A DNA stretch of 63,352 nucleotides, counting the filler, from Intoshia linei (Eukaryota > Animalia > Orthonectida): NCBI GenBank assembly GCA_001642005.1. It is 6 parts of 6 records of this genome, joined end to end, with 100 filler letters (N's around TTAATTAATTAA, not from the genome) between each part and the next. Parts side by side here need not be neighbours in the genome. Positions count along the whole stretch, not along the records: positions 8,003 to 28,248 come from LWCA01000698.1; positions 28,349 to 47,190 come from LWCA01000760.1; 4 more parts are not named here. One strand, written 5' to 3'. The stretch's first letter is position 1. Each line of letters begins with the position of its first letter. The notes below the pieces were generated by a model. It was not told the origin of the DNA. It ran no database searches and saw only the letters and a list, made by a program, of their open reading frames with translations. Below are positions 25,801 to 39,800 of the stretch, piece after piece. The position numbers were made by a program, and so were the translations under genes.

Positions 25801-26050
25801 GTTTGTACGTCATGTATCATTTGTTCTAATGGTTATACGCGATCTGGAATGTATGCAATAATTGAAAAAATGTGTTTAACTTTGGATATTGATAAATCTG
25901 TCAACATTTTTCAAAGTGTTAGAAATGTTTGCTTACGTTCTCAGCATTTTATGGCATATGAAGTAAGTTCATTTTTTTCAAAATTTTATTTTATTTTAGG
26001 AACAATACAAATTTTGTTACAAAATACTGTGGGACCGAATCAATTTTTAA
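16852..26050 (+). CDS. Receptor-type protein tyrosine phosphatase: 2 EGF-like modules, several FN3 repeats, TM, tandem PTP D1+D2
   Basis: Ten exons with consistent phases: 16852-16992, 17048-17185, 17221-17341, 18120-18334, 19009-19317, 19730-20014, 20072-20280, 21467-23401, 24958-25962, 26000-26050. Motifs FGxNC..CHC, FN3 W/Y patterns, TM LIAILVSLIILCILIVILFFIY, RNRF, DYINAS, KCKQYWP, VHC; D2 has KNRF, YINATF, DFWFMI. Signal-peptide exon (near 16600-16680) is unresolved. Confidence 0.92.
17460..18075 (+). mobile_element. hAT-like MITE (CAGTGGTTCC end) carrying the 30-bp tandem repeat, in a PTP intron; one end only
   Basis: Aligns with the reverse complement of 24020-24507. Confidence 0.75.
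18421..18945. mobile_element. Degenerate hAT-like MITE in a PTP intron
   Basis: Imperfect TIRs CAGTGATTTCTAAC / GTTGCGAATCCCTG; no matching TSD. Confidence 0.45.
20342..20890 (+). mobile_element. Repeat family A, second subfamily
   Basis: (TGTC)n followed by TTCCAG.TTATT.AAGAAAGTAAGAGG; matches 40401-40645 and, more distantly, 4755-5200. Confidence 0.65.
23749..24906. mobile_element. Older hAT-like MITE (outer), interrupted by a younger insertion
   Basis: Ends CAGCGGTTCTAAAACT / AGTTTAAAACCACTG are imperfect inverted repeats; TSD is not preserved. Confidence 0.55.
23890..24507. mobile_element. Complete hAT (Buster-type) MITE with 8-bp TSD GTATAGAT
   Basis: TIRs AAGTGGTTCCCGAT / ATCGGGAACTACTG; GTATAGAT at 23882-23889 and 24508-24515. 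Confidence 0.9.
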
Positions 26051-27747
26051 GTTTGTTAATAAACATTTTTTTTAATTTACATAAATACAGGTAGAGCAGG
26101 GGTGTTAAAGTTGTTTTGAATTTTAATCCAATTTATTCCTATTCTAAAATTATTTCATTGCCAACGAAATTAGGTACAGTATTGTAATTGTATATCGAAA
26201 TTGGCCAAACTTAAAATTTTAAAATCATGAAATAAATTTGAAAGATACTGATTAAAAAAACATTAAAAAAAATTGTAGAATTTACTTTATATGGAAAGGT
26301 AATCAACATTACAATTAGGCAGTAAGTACATATTTGAGTCAAATCAAAGTCAATAATCTTATCTCAAGATCGCATACGATGGAATTACATTAACAACCAT
26401 GAATTTCATTTCGTGATATGGTTGGTTTTCAATTTTGATTAGGTTTTATAGATATGCATCAATTTCTGAAGTAAATAAATAAATCGTAAATATAGAGTAA
26501 CGTTTAAATTAAACTTTCCTCCATATTCAATATGGAGGAATCTTTATATAAAATCTATAATAATTTTAATTTTTGCGCCATGATTAAATTTTTATTAAAA
26601 TAGATATTGTTCCAATTGGACAACATAATCCCGTTGGTCATGTATCACTCATCATGAGGGACTCGTGTAATGTTTCAGATCATAATACAAATGATTAGTA
26701 AAGTAAACATAAAATATTGTGCAGATTTACAAATAAAGTTAAATTATTATTTTCATGATTACCGTCATTGATTAATTCTAATTTAAAATGAGCGATAAAT
26801 AAAATACGTGTATTTAAATGACGTTTAAATTTTTATTTGACAGTGACGTCAAATCATCACTTGTATCTGTGTATAGTGAAGCTGGATCAATTCTTAATTT
26901 TGATACATCTACAACCAAAATTATTTCTAAATTTTCCATTCCAAAATTTGACAATAACAAACCAAACTTGTTAAAGATAATATCCTCCAAATCGGTAATT
27001 TTATTAAATTGAAGTTTAGTGTTGTCAAAGCATTGTAAAATAAAGGAATTTATTTCAACCATTAAATTAATATTACAAATTGGTTTATCCAATAATTCAT
27101 TATCAATAAAGTTCCGTATCGATCATGTTGGTAACCGATGGCATCGATACATCTCCCCACCGAAACAAGACTTGCCGGTTCTGAGATTATTGAGTCTGCA
27201 TTTACGTTGTCACCGCATCTAAAACAAGAGATTTTTTTATTTGAATCAGCACCCAATCTTTGCAAATTGACGTGTTGTGTAATGTGTAACTAGTTGTGTT
27301 TATTAATTTGCCGTTTATCATTTATCTGACGTTTTTCCGAACAGCTTCGCTACAGTATATCTCAACATTATCAATTTTAGGGGGGTATTTTAGGAAATTT
27401 TTTTGTAAACCAAACTTTCAAGGGGGGGTTTTCAAGATTATTTTTTTATTAGTAATATTGCTTATATTTATAATAGTTTTTAAAAATTAAACTTTAAAGG
27501 GCACAATTTTGTACATTTTATATCAAATTGGTGAATATTTGAAAAATTATTTTTTCTAATTTTTTTGAGATAAGAGTTACGATACAACTGTTTAAATTTG
27601 GAAAGTAAATTAATTTTAAACCTAAGGAAATATAAAAAACTTATTGATGTTTTATAAAACCTGATAAAATAGACTACAAATCGACAAATGATCACAAATT
27701 AATTAAATAAAGCATATACATTTATTTACAAATACATTAATGCACAA

Positions 27748-28248
27748 TTAATTATCTCTAACAAGAGCTGATCTAATTAATGTAGGTCTACCTCGCTTTC
27801 TTTTTTTCTGCAAAGGCAGACATCGCGCTTCTCTTGGAATTATGCTTCCAGAAATTTTCAGTTGGATACATACACCCAGGGTGTGGGAACATATATAATA
27901 ATATAATTTCTGCAAGTACATGTTGATTTTTCACAAGTTAATTCGTCAATATTTATGCATGCTATTTTGGTAATCATGTTACAATAACTATAATAATATT
28001 ATTTACTATACTATTTATATTAAAAATACGATTAATTACTCCACAAAATCTGATATCACTAAATTTTCCATGTTGTGACGAAAAGTATCTACAATTATTT
28101 GATTAAATTCGATATTTTTTATAGGAGTATAATATTTCCCACCACTTGAAATTAAGGGTTTTTTCGATTTTACCCATTTATAAGCTTTAGTCCATATTTT
28201 AGTGTTAAATGTTGGTAAATGCTTATAAGAGCCATTTTTTCGTTCAGA
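27748..28248 (-). pseudogene. Mutator-like transposase C-terminal relic (SWIM zinc finger + AT-hook)
   Basis: IWTKAYKWVK...STCTCRNYI/(frameshift)/YYICSHTLG...PREARCLPLQKKRKRGRP...AL; CxC..CxH followed by RGRP. Contains a stop and a frameshift and is cut by the spacer. Confidence 0.7.
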
Positions 28249-28348
28249 NNNNNNNNNNNNNNNNNNNNNNNNNNNNNNNNNNNNNNNNNNNNTTAATTAA
28301 TTAANNNNNNNNNNNNNNNNNNNNNNNNNNNNNNNNNNNNNNNNNNNN
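28249..28348. other. Artificial contig spacer
   Basis: N44-TTAATTAATTAA-N44. Confidence 0.97.
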
Positions 28349-30096
28349 CACCAATAAAATAAATGATTTTATAAATTTTAATCTAAAATATATTATTCTA
28401 AACGATTAGATAATTATTCAAAGTATTTTGATAAAATTTATTTAAAACCGTGACTATATTTTTAATTTCGTATTATATTGAGGACAAATTTAATTCTCGT
28501 TTATATTTTTAAGTAAAATTATGTGTAACTTAGTACAAAACCTTAATACGTATTAATATTATTTATTAATCCGCATAAATTGTCGTATTTAAGCCTTCTC
28601 CATAGTAAATTTCATCATATTAATAGAATACGAGATAAATTATACATTTGTATGTAAGTTTAGTTTTGACAATACTATTTTCGATTTTATTTACCGTTGC
28701 ACCATTATGTGGCATTATCATTATGGATTTGTACAATTTATTAAACGTCATTTTGATCAAGAAATAATAGAATAGTATGAAAATTATCATAGAAAATGTT
28801 TTCAAAAATACATTTGGCACTTCTGATAAACTAAATATTATGGAAATAGATTGTGTCAGATATTACGAAAATAAAGAATTAACCAATGAAGTATAAAATT
28901 GTAACCGATTCAACCGAAAGAGCCTACAAAAATATACATGATCATTAAATTTGTACACAAATGAAGAAGAAATTGAAAATACAGTGATGATTTTTAATAC
29001 ATTTTCATATAAATGCTTGGATTAATATTCCCGTTTATAATATATTTTGGGTTAAAATTTATAAAATCTTTTATTTTGTTGGTATATTGCGTTGAGGATA
29101 TATAAAATTTTGGTTGGATTATGACAATCTTAAGTCTCTTATAAAAGTAGACTAAAATTTTTGAAATGATAGACAAATTTCTACATTTAACCCACCACAA
29201 ACACCAAAACAAAATGATAAATATAGCTATAATTTAAAAAATTTTTTTTATATCATAGAATAATGTCAAAATACTCTACAAAAACGGCACACATTTATAA
29301 TTACGTACTTATGAAATACATATCAACAAAATATCACACTTCAGACTTGAGAATGTTAATGTTTATTTGTCAATTATAATTATACAGTGTTGTGCACTCA
29401 TATACAGATTAATACGATTTATATTAATATTAAATTTTATAGAATTCATCGACTACAGACTTAAGTTAAAACTGAAATATTAAGGTTAATTTTTTACCTA
29501 AAAACCATATTAAAAAAAAATTAAAAATATTCTCTGGTGTTTACACCAGTTTTTATCCATTATTATCCTATTCAATTATAAATATTGATCATATTAATAC
29601 AATTGTATTTTCAATGTTTTCAGTGCTATGTAATTATTATTATTTAAGTTGTGCCGTTTTTGTATATGCCTTTTTTGTCTGTGCCGTTTTTACCTATATT
29701 CAATGTCAATGGTGCATGACGCAGCTTAACATTATTTATTAAAATATACAAACATTATTAAATTTTCAACACAAACGAAGCATGAATTTAAGTTTTTAAA
29801 AAAATTTCATAAAACAAAAAACATCATTTTAAAAAAAACATGAAAATAAACTTAAATTTAATTATTTTTTGTTAATTACTTAATTGATTAACGCTGAGTC
29901 ATTAATAAGTATTTTTCAAAATTAGTCATCGGAGTCATTTTTTTTTCAAATTACATTTAATTTACTGGGTATGTTTTTGAATTTCTTAAAAAAAATATTT
30001 GATGTGACACCCTACTGTACATGTATAATTGAAATTATTATTGCATTATTGATGATATTTTTAAACAACCAAATACTAAAATCTTTATATTACCAG

Positions 30097-30230
30097 GTAT
30101 AATATTTATGCTGTTGATCGGAACAGTAATAATAATACTACTAATACGTCAGAACATTTTCAAGACGCCCAATAATAGAAAATTAAAAATATTTGATAAT
30201 GTGACACGATACTATACAATGGAATATTAA
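30097..30230 (+). CDS. Putative terminal exon of an orphan single-pass membrane protein
   Basis: Reads GIIFMLLIGTVIIILLI-RQNIFKTPNNRKLK...RYYTMEY*: a TM segment plus basic tail after a CAG acceptor. Upstream exons (about 28650-29000) could not be assembled cleanly. Confidence 0.4.
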
Positions 30231-30669
30231 TTTATCAATAAACAAAGACAAACTGTCCTAAAGCAAAAACTATCGATTTAATTAAATATGTTACAAAACT
30301 GGAATAAAAAATTAAAAATTTAAATTTTTACTTGGTTATGTTTTAAATGTCAATACTTATCGTCTTATCGATACTTGTATGTATCATGTATACTATCAAT
30401 AACTTTTTAAAAGTAAAACATATATTGTACATTTTATAATCTACTAGTTTCAATACTTTTAAATAAAGATTGTTTAATGTAATAAAGTATTCTATATTTG
30501 TTTTACGTATATTTATATATTATGAAAATAAAAAGTAAAAATTTATTCCAGTTTTGTTATTTTATATTTAGAAATTTTAACTATATTAACCGTCAGTTTA
30601 ATTTCAATTAATGGATATGAAGATTGTAATTTTATTTTGATTTTAATTTAGTAATGTCATAAATTATGA

Positions 30670-31029
30670 CTGATAAATTTTTTTAAATTCTAGGGCTGTT
30701 TTCAAAAAAATAGGAAGGGTAATTTGGGGATTTGGCCCTGAAGATATAATTTTTTTAAATTTAAATTTATGATAATGTTTATGATTTTAAAATCCGCATC
30801 AGCGTATATATTTTTTTAAATTCTCCAACTTGTTTGATTTTCAAAAAGAGGGCAACTGGGGTTTTTGACCCGTAAGATATGAAATTGGGAGGTTAAAATT
30901 TATCTTATTAAACGTTCCGGATAAAACTGTAATTGAAATGTGGTCTTTAAAAAATTCTAAGAGTGGTAGTTATTTCAATAAAATGGAACACACAAACAAA
31001 AATAGCGTAGCCTTTTATATAAGTTAGGA
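30670..31029 (-). mobile_element. Repeat family A copy
   Basis: Reverse complement of 4755-5125. Confidence 0.8.
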
Positions 31030-31270
31030 TTATAGAAATAAATATACGTAATACGTAAGATAGTAAAGATATCATTTTAAAGTAATATTTAAAATGACAA
31101 ACGCAACTCGATAGATAACGTTAACTGTTTTTTATTGTGAATTAGTTTTTCTATTTTAAAAATACACACTTTTAGTGGTAATTTCTCTTGATTCTTTGAT
31201 GGGTGTGACACTTTAATGTACATTGTATTACATTAATATTAGTAATGTATAATAAATATATGATAGTAAT

Positions 31271-34116
31271 AATAATCAGTTATAATTTAGATTTACTTTC
31301 CACAATCTACTCATCAGGCGACAAAATTTTAGATTATTTTTCAAATTATTGGTTTCCTGAAGATGATAGAACAGTGAAAAAAATGCCAAATACAGTAATC
31401 CATAATTTTCATTTAATTTCAATTATTCATATATTAGTGTGACCATTGTAACAATTAGCAGAGCGAAACTAAGATAAGTTCATGGTAAATAATGTCCAAA
31501 TCGAGATTAGAAGTCTAGACATGTAGAATACAATTATAGTGCAATCGTACTAAGAAAAAATCTTACAAATGATACTATTAACTATAGTAACCTAATCGGT
31601 TTTTTTTTAATGTTAAGACATGTTTAATTTTTAAAACAAGGCAAATTGGGTTTTTAACTCTGAAAGACTCAAATTCGGGAAATTTAATGTAGATATCTCT
31701 ATCTCTGCGAAAACCCGTATTAGAAATAGGGCTTTTTATTATAAATTCTACGACTGTTAATTTCAACTAGTTAATTAAATATACTGTAATATTTTTTATA
31801 TAATAGTCATCAATGTTACAGTGTAACATACCACATACATTCAATTTTGTATACAATTTTTGTATGTAAAAGGTTGTAATATTGAAAAATGACACAATAC
31901 AAAATTGCTTTTAAAAAGCTAGAATGTTTGAGACCGATCTTGACCATGAGACTAGCGAGGAGAGTGTAGTACATGCTTCTACACTATGGAATCATTTTAA
32001 CGATTAATACGAAGTTAACATGAAATTTGATGATTATTCCAGCTATAACCAAAATATTATCAGTAGAAATAATGATGTAACGGAAGATGAGATTATTAGT
32101 GATATCCTGAATTCATAATATTCATCCAACGTAAAAGTTTTTCTATGTTTCATAGAAATGACTGTATTGATCGCTTTTATTATTTCAAACTTTCATATCT
32201 AAAAAAAATGTTTATTATTGAAAAAGATTTACCTTAAAAATAAAATTTTATTTCTTATTAGGATTCGGGTTCGCGACTATAATGCACATTTTATTGTTTG
32301 TAATATAATTAAATAGTTTATAAATCATCATTATTTTGTGTGTTAAATTTAAAATGTCAAATAAAGAGCCTTAGAGAGGTGGCTAGGGAGTATATGAAAC
32401 GCATAATTTATGGAAAAATTTCAGATGCTAAATTTCATTTTCAGGTGGCCTCGAGTTGGGTAGGTTCGGATTTCTGCAAGTTACCCATTGATAAAAACTG
32501 ATGTAAAATAAAAATAATAGAACCTATAAACGACTCTAGAGTCTAGACCAGGGGTGTCAATTATGCTGCTCCCAATTGTAGAATGTGCGTTATAATATAA
32601 ATTTTTATTTTTATATCAATTTTTTACACATATTTATTTATTCATTACAATTACAACAATATACAACAAATACAACATTATTTGTACACTTTTTCCATTA
32701 TTACTGTTCTTTATTCATTTTATGAATTATAATTATTATAAATTAATTAAAACTGTTAGGTTTAACACAATTTTTTGAGGAAAGATTTTTTTGTGCAGCC
32801 CGCCAACAAATTGAGTCTGACAACCCTGGTTTAGAGTCTAGACTAATAGATATATATTTTTTTATCTATTGTATGACAAGAAAAAATATTGTAGTATATT
32901 TAAATCATAGAAAATTAAAAATGAAAATGAACTCAATATAACTAATACTGGTAAAGAAATTATTATTCAAAAGATTGGATATGAAAATAAAAAAATAGAT
33001 TTAAAAGATACAAAACAGTTGACTCACAAACCTGAACCCGGACAGGTAATGATTGATTAATATATTATCTAATACAGAGGTGAAATTTTTTGAAAAAAAT
33101 TTTATCCATAAACAGCGAATATCGAAAATTCCTATGATGTATCAAATTTGCACAAATAACATTTACAATGAGGTATAACATTTTTTCAATGTACCATATA
33201 AAATTTTCGATTTCATATAACAATGTTGTTGGTGCAGTATATAATGATACATAAATAGAGAAACTGAATTAAAAATGTATGATATCAATTCCTAGCTCTG
33301 CCGAGGGTGGGACTTTCTTAATTCTATCAAAAAATTCATTCACATATATATGTTAATAAAAAAATCTTACATCAAAATCCTACTATTAACTATGACCAAT
33401 ACATTAAAGGAGTGGTTACCAAAATTATTTCTCCGTGAAGCGGTGATTCATATTACATTAAATTTAAAGTGAATTAATCTTACTTGACCTTTCACTGTCT
33501 GGAATTGATGTTTTAATTTAAACTTGTATAATTTTTAATTACTGTCAACTCAACAGTCTTACAGAGGTGGATAGGGTTATATGACACTGCAATGCGTTTA
33601 CCAAATTTTTTAAGACCCTATTTTACATTTTAGAGGTGACTACAAGCTTGCTAGGTTCGGCTCTGCGAACTATCGAACTAAGTTAAATCTTTACATAGAT
33701 TAAATTTTACACACGTGAAAATAATTCAGGTTATTCAGTAAAACTTCAAATTATTTTTATAAAATGATGCTTACGTTTAATAATAATAAATGGACAATAA
33801 TGAATAATATTATTTTATTATTACAAAAAGTTATCTTGATTTTATTTGATATGATGAGAATTTCCTGTGGACCACTTTGGGAACCACTGATCTAATATAA
33901 TATTTTAATTTTAGCATTTAGACCAAAATGTTTGTTGGTATATTTTTTGCAGTTTTAATTATTATTGCAATAATATGTATTTTCGTTAAATTTATTACGA
34001 AAAAGAGAGTTAATTCTTATAAAAAAAGCAAAAGAAGATTAGAAAAATTAATACCCATTAATGATATAGCAGAAAATGAAAATCTAACAAAAACAAATAA
34101 ATATGGAGCTACATGA
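31271..34116 (+). pseudogene. Orphan single-pass membrane protein gene, probably 5'-degenerate (exons ~31271-31373, 32911-33045, 33922-34116)
   Basis: Exons DLLSTIYSSGDKILDYFSNYWFPEDD..., KIKNENELNITNTG...EPGQ and TKMFVGIFFAVLIIIAIICIFV-KFITKKR... join in phase 0. The candidate leader exon near 31095-31177 contains in-frame stops. Confidence 0.5.
32549..32828. mobile_element. Short hAT MITE
   Basis: TIRs CAGGGGTGTCA / TGACAACCCTG; flanks GTCTAGAC / GTTTAGAG (6/8 match, central TA). Confidence 0.75.
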
Positions 34117-34359
34117 AATTCATTTTATATTAAATTTTAATTAAAAGTTTTAAATTATAATTATAATTCATATTACAGGTGAATGTATTGAATTAAATCG
34201 CGTCTAGACAGTCAAATCATCAACAATTATTATTAATACAGTGACACTGTCACAGCCTGTGATACTCAAACATATTCAAAAATACTGTGCGAATATTATT
34301 TATGAACATTGTTCATTAATAAAAATATTAAGATATGAAATTTTCACTTAAAATTTATA

Positions 34360-35473
34360 TTGGAAATGTATAAACGTTCAATGCACAATTTGTTTGAATT
34401 TGTAATTTTAATATTTAAAATTTCATGTTAATATTTTGTTTGTTAACATTTGCGTAAAAATTTTTAAAAAAAATTATCCCATTTTTTTAATTTATTAGAC
34501 AGAATGTGTGTATAATATTAAAAATAAAGTAAAAACAGTCCAATCCTAAAAATTGTCATAAATAGCATAAATTCCAAAAAAATAAAATTAGTCCAATACT
34601 AAAAATTGTCATAAAGGTGTGAGTTTTGGAAATTGAAATTTATATTATTATATGTAAAAATTGTCATAAATAGCATAAATTCCAGAAAAAATAAAATTAA
34701 GAAACCTATTTTGTCATTTTCAATGTGATGACATATATTCAGTATCAATTTAATAAATAAATCCTAAAAATTGTCATAAATAGCATAAATTCCAGAAAAA
34801 ATAAAATTATAAACTATTTTGTTATTTTGAGTGTGTCAATTCAGTACCAATTAAATAAATACTTAAAAATACCAATTGTGTATCAATTATTAACTAAATC
34901 TTCAATTTATAAACATTTCAGTCGAATTTTACCATTATTACAAATGATTGTAATATAAAAATAATATTAACAAAGTTTTTTTTAGTTTAGTTGTTTAGTT
35001 TCTATTTACATTTTCAATTTTTATTATACAATTAATGTTAATCGAAATATTTGAAAAATATTGGTTGATAATATATTAAAAATTATTTTTCACCCGGGAA
35101 TGCGTAGATTCCTCGGGTTACTTTTGCATTTATATCAACTGGAATAAGCTCTATCAGAATAATTTTTTTTTTTAAATTTCTGACGGTTAATTATTTCACA
35201 TTTTTTGTTTTAATAAAATATTTCGGAAAAAAAATATATGAAAATTAAATGACTTTTTTGACTGTAAAGTCGTCACTTATTCGAATTGAAATTTTCTGTG
35301 TGTGTTAACAGGATACAACTGTACAACTTGTAATTTTTTTGAAATTCTAGGGCTGTTTTCATTCAAAAAAGAAGGGTAATTCGTGGTTTTGGTCCTGAAG
35401 CTATAATTTTTTATAAATTTAACAAATACACACACAAACAAAAATCGCGTAGCATATTATATATATGTTAGGA
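34360..35473 (-). mobile_element. Repeat family A copy with an inserted, tandemly reiterated second repeat (34500-34985)
   Basis: Matches 9368-10140 in reverse; the middle matches 14335-14630 in forward orientation. Confidence 0.7.
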
Positions 35474-36833
35474 CATGTATTTGAAATAATTTAATTATTT
35501 TTGTATTGGTTCATTTTTATTCACACTTCTTTCAATTTATACATTTTTTTTAATAACATTACATATATAATTACACTGTGCAACAAAATGAAACTTTTTT
35601 TCGAGGATTTTAAACAAAAATTCAGTACTTTTTCTCATACATGGTACAAAGTTACTGAAAAATTTTTAGACAAATTTATCGCGCACAATAGAAAATGTAG
35701 CCATTCTTATGTTGTGATGTATTGGTTTAACAGTAACTAATAAATAAGTGCGTATTTAATGATTTATCTGTAAAATTGTGAATTTTTAAACGATTTCAAT
35801 ATATTTGATATTCATTCTATTCAGTTTTCTCTATAAAATTCAATAAAGCTATCAGATTTGAAATATCAGACCTTTTTATAAACAATTTAAATAAAATAAT
35901 ATTTAAAATTTTTAACTTATTTCATTGATGATTAATATCACAATTATAGAAGTCGCGGATTTCAAAAAACTAAAGTGTATACGAAAGATTAATGATTTAA
36001 GAATATAATTTGAGAAGACCTTTATTATTCATCGTGCAGCTATTTTTTAATTAAACAATTAATACAACGAAAAAAAATTTATTTATTGACGTTTCATGTA
36101 TTTCCTTCACCACATATAATCAGACAGCATGTTAACACAATTTAAAAATTTCAAAAAAAACAAAATCTATTTTTCTTTTCTGAATTACATAAACATTCTT
36201 TAAAATTAGTTAACATTTTAATAATATAAATTTCTCAATAAGGTAAATTTTAACAATATTAATCAATTTTAATCTAAATCCAATCACTAAGACTGTATAT
36301 GAGTATTTGAGAAGTTGATATAGAAATAATAAATTAATATTTTATGAATGAACAAATTAAAATGTTAATAACACTTGAACTACACGGTGTATTTGATTTA
36401 AATTTTGTACATCGTCTAATAGTGTTAGTCTGAATAATTTAACAAATTTTTTTAAAAATACTTTTTGGAGTGTTGCAGTGTTATTTTTAATCTATAATGG
36501 AGCAATAATTTTATATCATTTATTTTGAGATTATTATTAGAAAAAATTTCGTTTTAACGAATCAATAGTATATTTTTAGTATATTGGTGTGTCGCAAAAA
36601 CTTTTCAGATTAAAATGTGTGTCGCCAACCAAAATGGGTTGGAAAGCACTGTCCTATACATTCATAACGTTAAATCCAAATAATACAAACAAGTAAATAT
36701 CTATAATAAACTTTGAGTAAATATTGACATTAAATTATAATAGAACAACGTATTAATTCAAAAATGAAGGTTGATATATGTAAGATGGATACATAAATAT
36801 ATATTACATTATTAATATATAACTGTCTATAAA

Positions 36834-39800
36834 ATGAAAATTTTAAATTTAGTTCAAGTTTTGATAATTTTGATTTTTGTTGCGTATACTCAAAGCATTT
36901 CTTTTGATTATTGGAAAGTAATATTATATTTCGACACCTATTTATGCGTACATCTAGAAATTAGTGATGGGTGAAGATTATCCAATAGACAATAGTAAAA
37001 TTTCGACACACAATCCAGACAAAAATGTAGATAAAAAGAACGATGATAAAACAAATAAAAAGCAATCAAATGTGGTAATGAGCAGGTCATAATATCAAAC
37101 CAAAATGAGTGAATTCACGTTCTGTTAAAGTTATTTATGATTTCATCAAATTTGTAAACTTTAGTCCAGTAATTCTCAAACTTTTTTTATCACAGCGCGC
37201 ACTTTGCATTAATTAAAAATTTTGGTTAGTACTATGTATAATATATTAAAAGTTTATACTATTACTAAATATATATAATAATAAATCTTCTAGTCAGGCA
37301 TAGGAACTTATATTGTAAAGCAGTGATTCTAACTTTTTTAGTGCTGCGACCCATAATAAAATTTTAATAAAAATGTTTGTGTATTATTATTAAAAATAAA
37401 ACGATGATATTTAACTTCTCTCGACCAATAAGTTTGGAAGCATTGTCTTAAAATGAGCAATAATTAATAATGACATTTTTTATTAAAATTAATGTTTGAA
37501 ATTTTAGCTTGATAAGTTTTAGCAATTTTATTAATATTCAGGTCGAATATGACACAAAAAAAAGCGCATTTGAGTTTTCTGAGCGCGAACTACTGCATAG
37601 ATATTTACAATATACAGTATACTCTCCACAACTCGCCAACTCTATAACTCATCAATTCTATACTTCGCCAAATGATATTACTGTAATATCAAAATATACA
37701 TGTAGATTAAGGTGTGTCCTAAAACACTTTTTCGAAACAAACCAAAAGTAGCCAACTGGTAAAGATAAAACTTTTTATTGCGAACAAGATGATGTGCTTG
37801 AAATTGTCTAACTCTCAAAAAAACCCTTGACTTTTTGCTTTTTTAAACTAACTTTTAATACAATTTTTCAACAACAAACATAAACTTTATAAAAAAATAT
37901 TGGTGTGGTAACAATGTGAATTCATGCGTATAAATAGTATATGTAACATTTGTGAGTATATATAATGGCATGGTTATCACAGTTTATCAGAAATCCTTCT
38001 CGATAAAACCCTATTTTACCCAAAAATTCATAAAAAACAGAATTTATAGGACAGAGGGTTTCTTGCTGTTTTTTTCTAACAATTATGACATTTGAAATGC
38101 ATGATCTTGTTCGCAAGAATTTTTATTACATTTGTATTTGGTTACTTTTGTGAATTTAGTTAATATAATTAATTAGCAGTGAAAATAATTTGATCAATTT
38201 TATAAAAAATTAAATTTTTTTTTTTTTTAATTTTAAAGTTTATACGCGATTCATTAAATTTGTAGGACCCTAAAGTTTAAAATTGATCTATACTGGATGG
38301 GGATTTGAGGATTTAATAAATATATTGCATAATATTTTACAAAAAATTTTTGGATTAATTTTTTTTATTACTATTTTTCAAATTTTTATCCTTAATAAGT
38401 TGATGTTAAAAATGTGTCCATACTTTTGGTCTTTTTTCTTGTGAATATTACTTTTCTTTTTACCATTTTATGTTTAATTTGTAGCAATTATCAATAAAAA
38501 AAATAACACGTTTCAGTTGATATAAACTTAAAATTGATGGATATTACACTAATAATATTTTCTTGTCAAAATTTAGAAATTCTTGAAAATTACATAGATT
38601 TTGGGTATAGAATATATAAAGATATCAGATATCAGGCAGACATAAGATTGAAAGAGTTGTAAATCTTACATATTATAGTGGTTAATTTTTTTAAATGAAC
38701 TTTAAAATTATTACCGACACTTAAATCGTTTGATGATATATTTAGGATACTAAGAACGAGGAAAGTTTAAACCTAGAGAAGACAGTCAATACTAATAAAA
38801 ATAATAAGACTATAAATGAATCAATGGCAAGTAAGGTATTGGCCATAATTACAAATGTAAATGGAAATAGCAGTGAAATTGTAAACAAAGTTGAAAGAAA
38901 AATAAAAGAAAAATTATCAGGCATAACAGAAAAAATTCCTAAAATTAAAGAAAATGCTCCTCAAAATGCTACAACATTAAACAAAGTTGATGTAATTTTA
39001 CATTTTTAATTTAGCGACCAGAAATACGTTTTTTTGGCAACACCGAAAACCCGTAAGATGTGAGTTTGGGAGGTAGAAATTTATTTTGCTAACACATCGG
39101 AAAAAACTGTAATTGAAATGTGGACTTTATAAAATTCTAAGACCGGTAGTTATTGAAATAAATTAGAACACACACAAACGAATATTGCGTAGCATATTAT
39201 ATAAGTAAGGATAATAAGAATATATACAGTATGTAAATATTAAAGTATGTAAATTAACACACAAATGCACTAAAAATGAACTGTACCAGAAAATCTTCTT
39301 TTAAATTTTAAGAGCATTAATAATAATTATATAAATGTTAACTTTTTTTTTACTACATTTTATTATATAATTCCTACAAAAAGATTAAATAGAAAATTCC
39401 TTTTGTGACCCTGAAGGCACAATTTTGTGAAATTAAATTTTTTGTATGTAATTTGTTGACTAGTTAATTTGAAATGAGTTAGGTGTAATTTTTTTAAATT
39501 GTTGAACTTTTTTTTAATTTTTGAAAATAATGAATAATTTCTGTCTTTGGCCGAGAAGATGCAAGTTTATAAGGCTGAAATTTATGATAATAGTTATTAT
39601 TTTAAAATTTTTCCCAGAATTTTTGTTTTTGAAATTTCTATGATCGTTATTTTTCTTTATAAATTGTTACACAGACAGATGAATTAGACAACTTTCAACA
39701 GCTATTAGTAAGGATTTACATTTTTATATTGAGCAACCATTAAATTGATGGAAATGTATAAATTCTAAAAAAATGGTACACTTAAGTTTTAATTTGTCAC

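Noticed and set aside
31094-31480. In-frame TAG/TGA in orphan exons suggesting stop-codon reassignment
   Set aside because: Conserved genes end normally in TAA or TGA and their long exons have no internal stops; pseudogenisation or sequence error is simpler.
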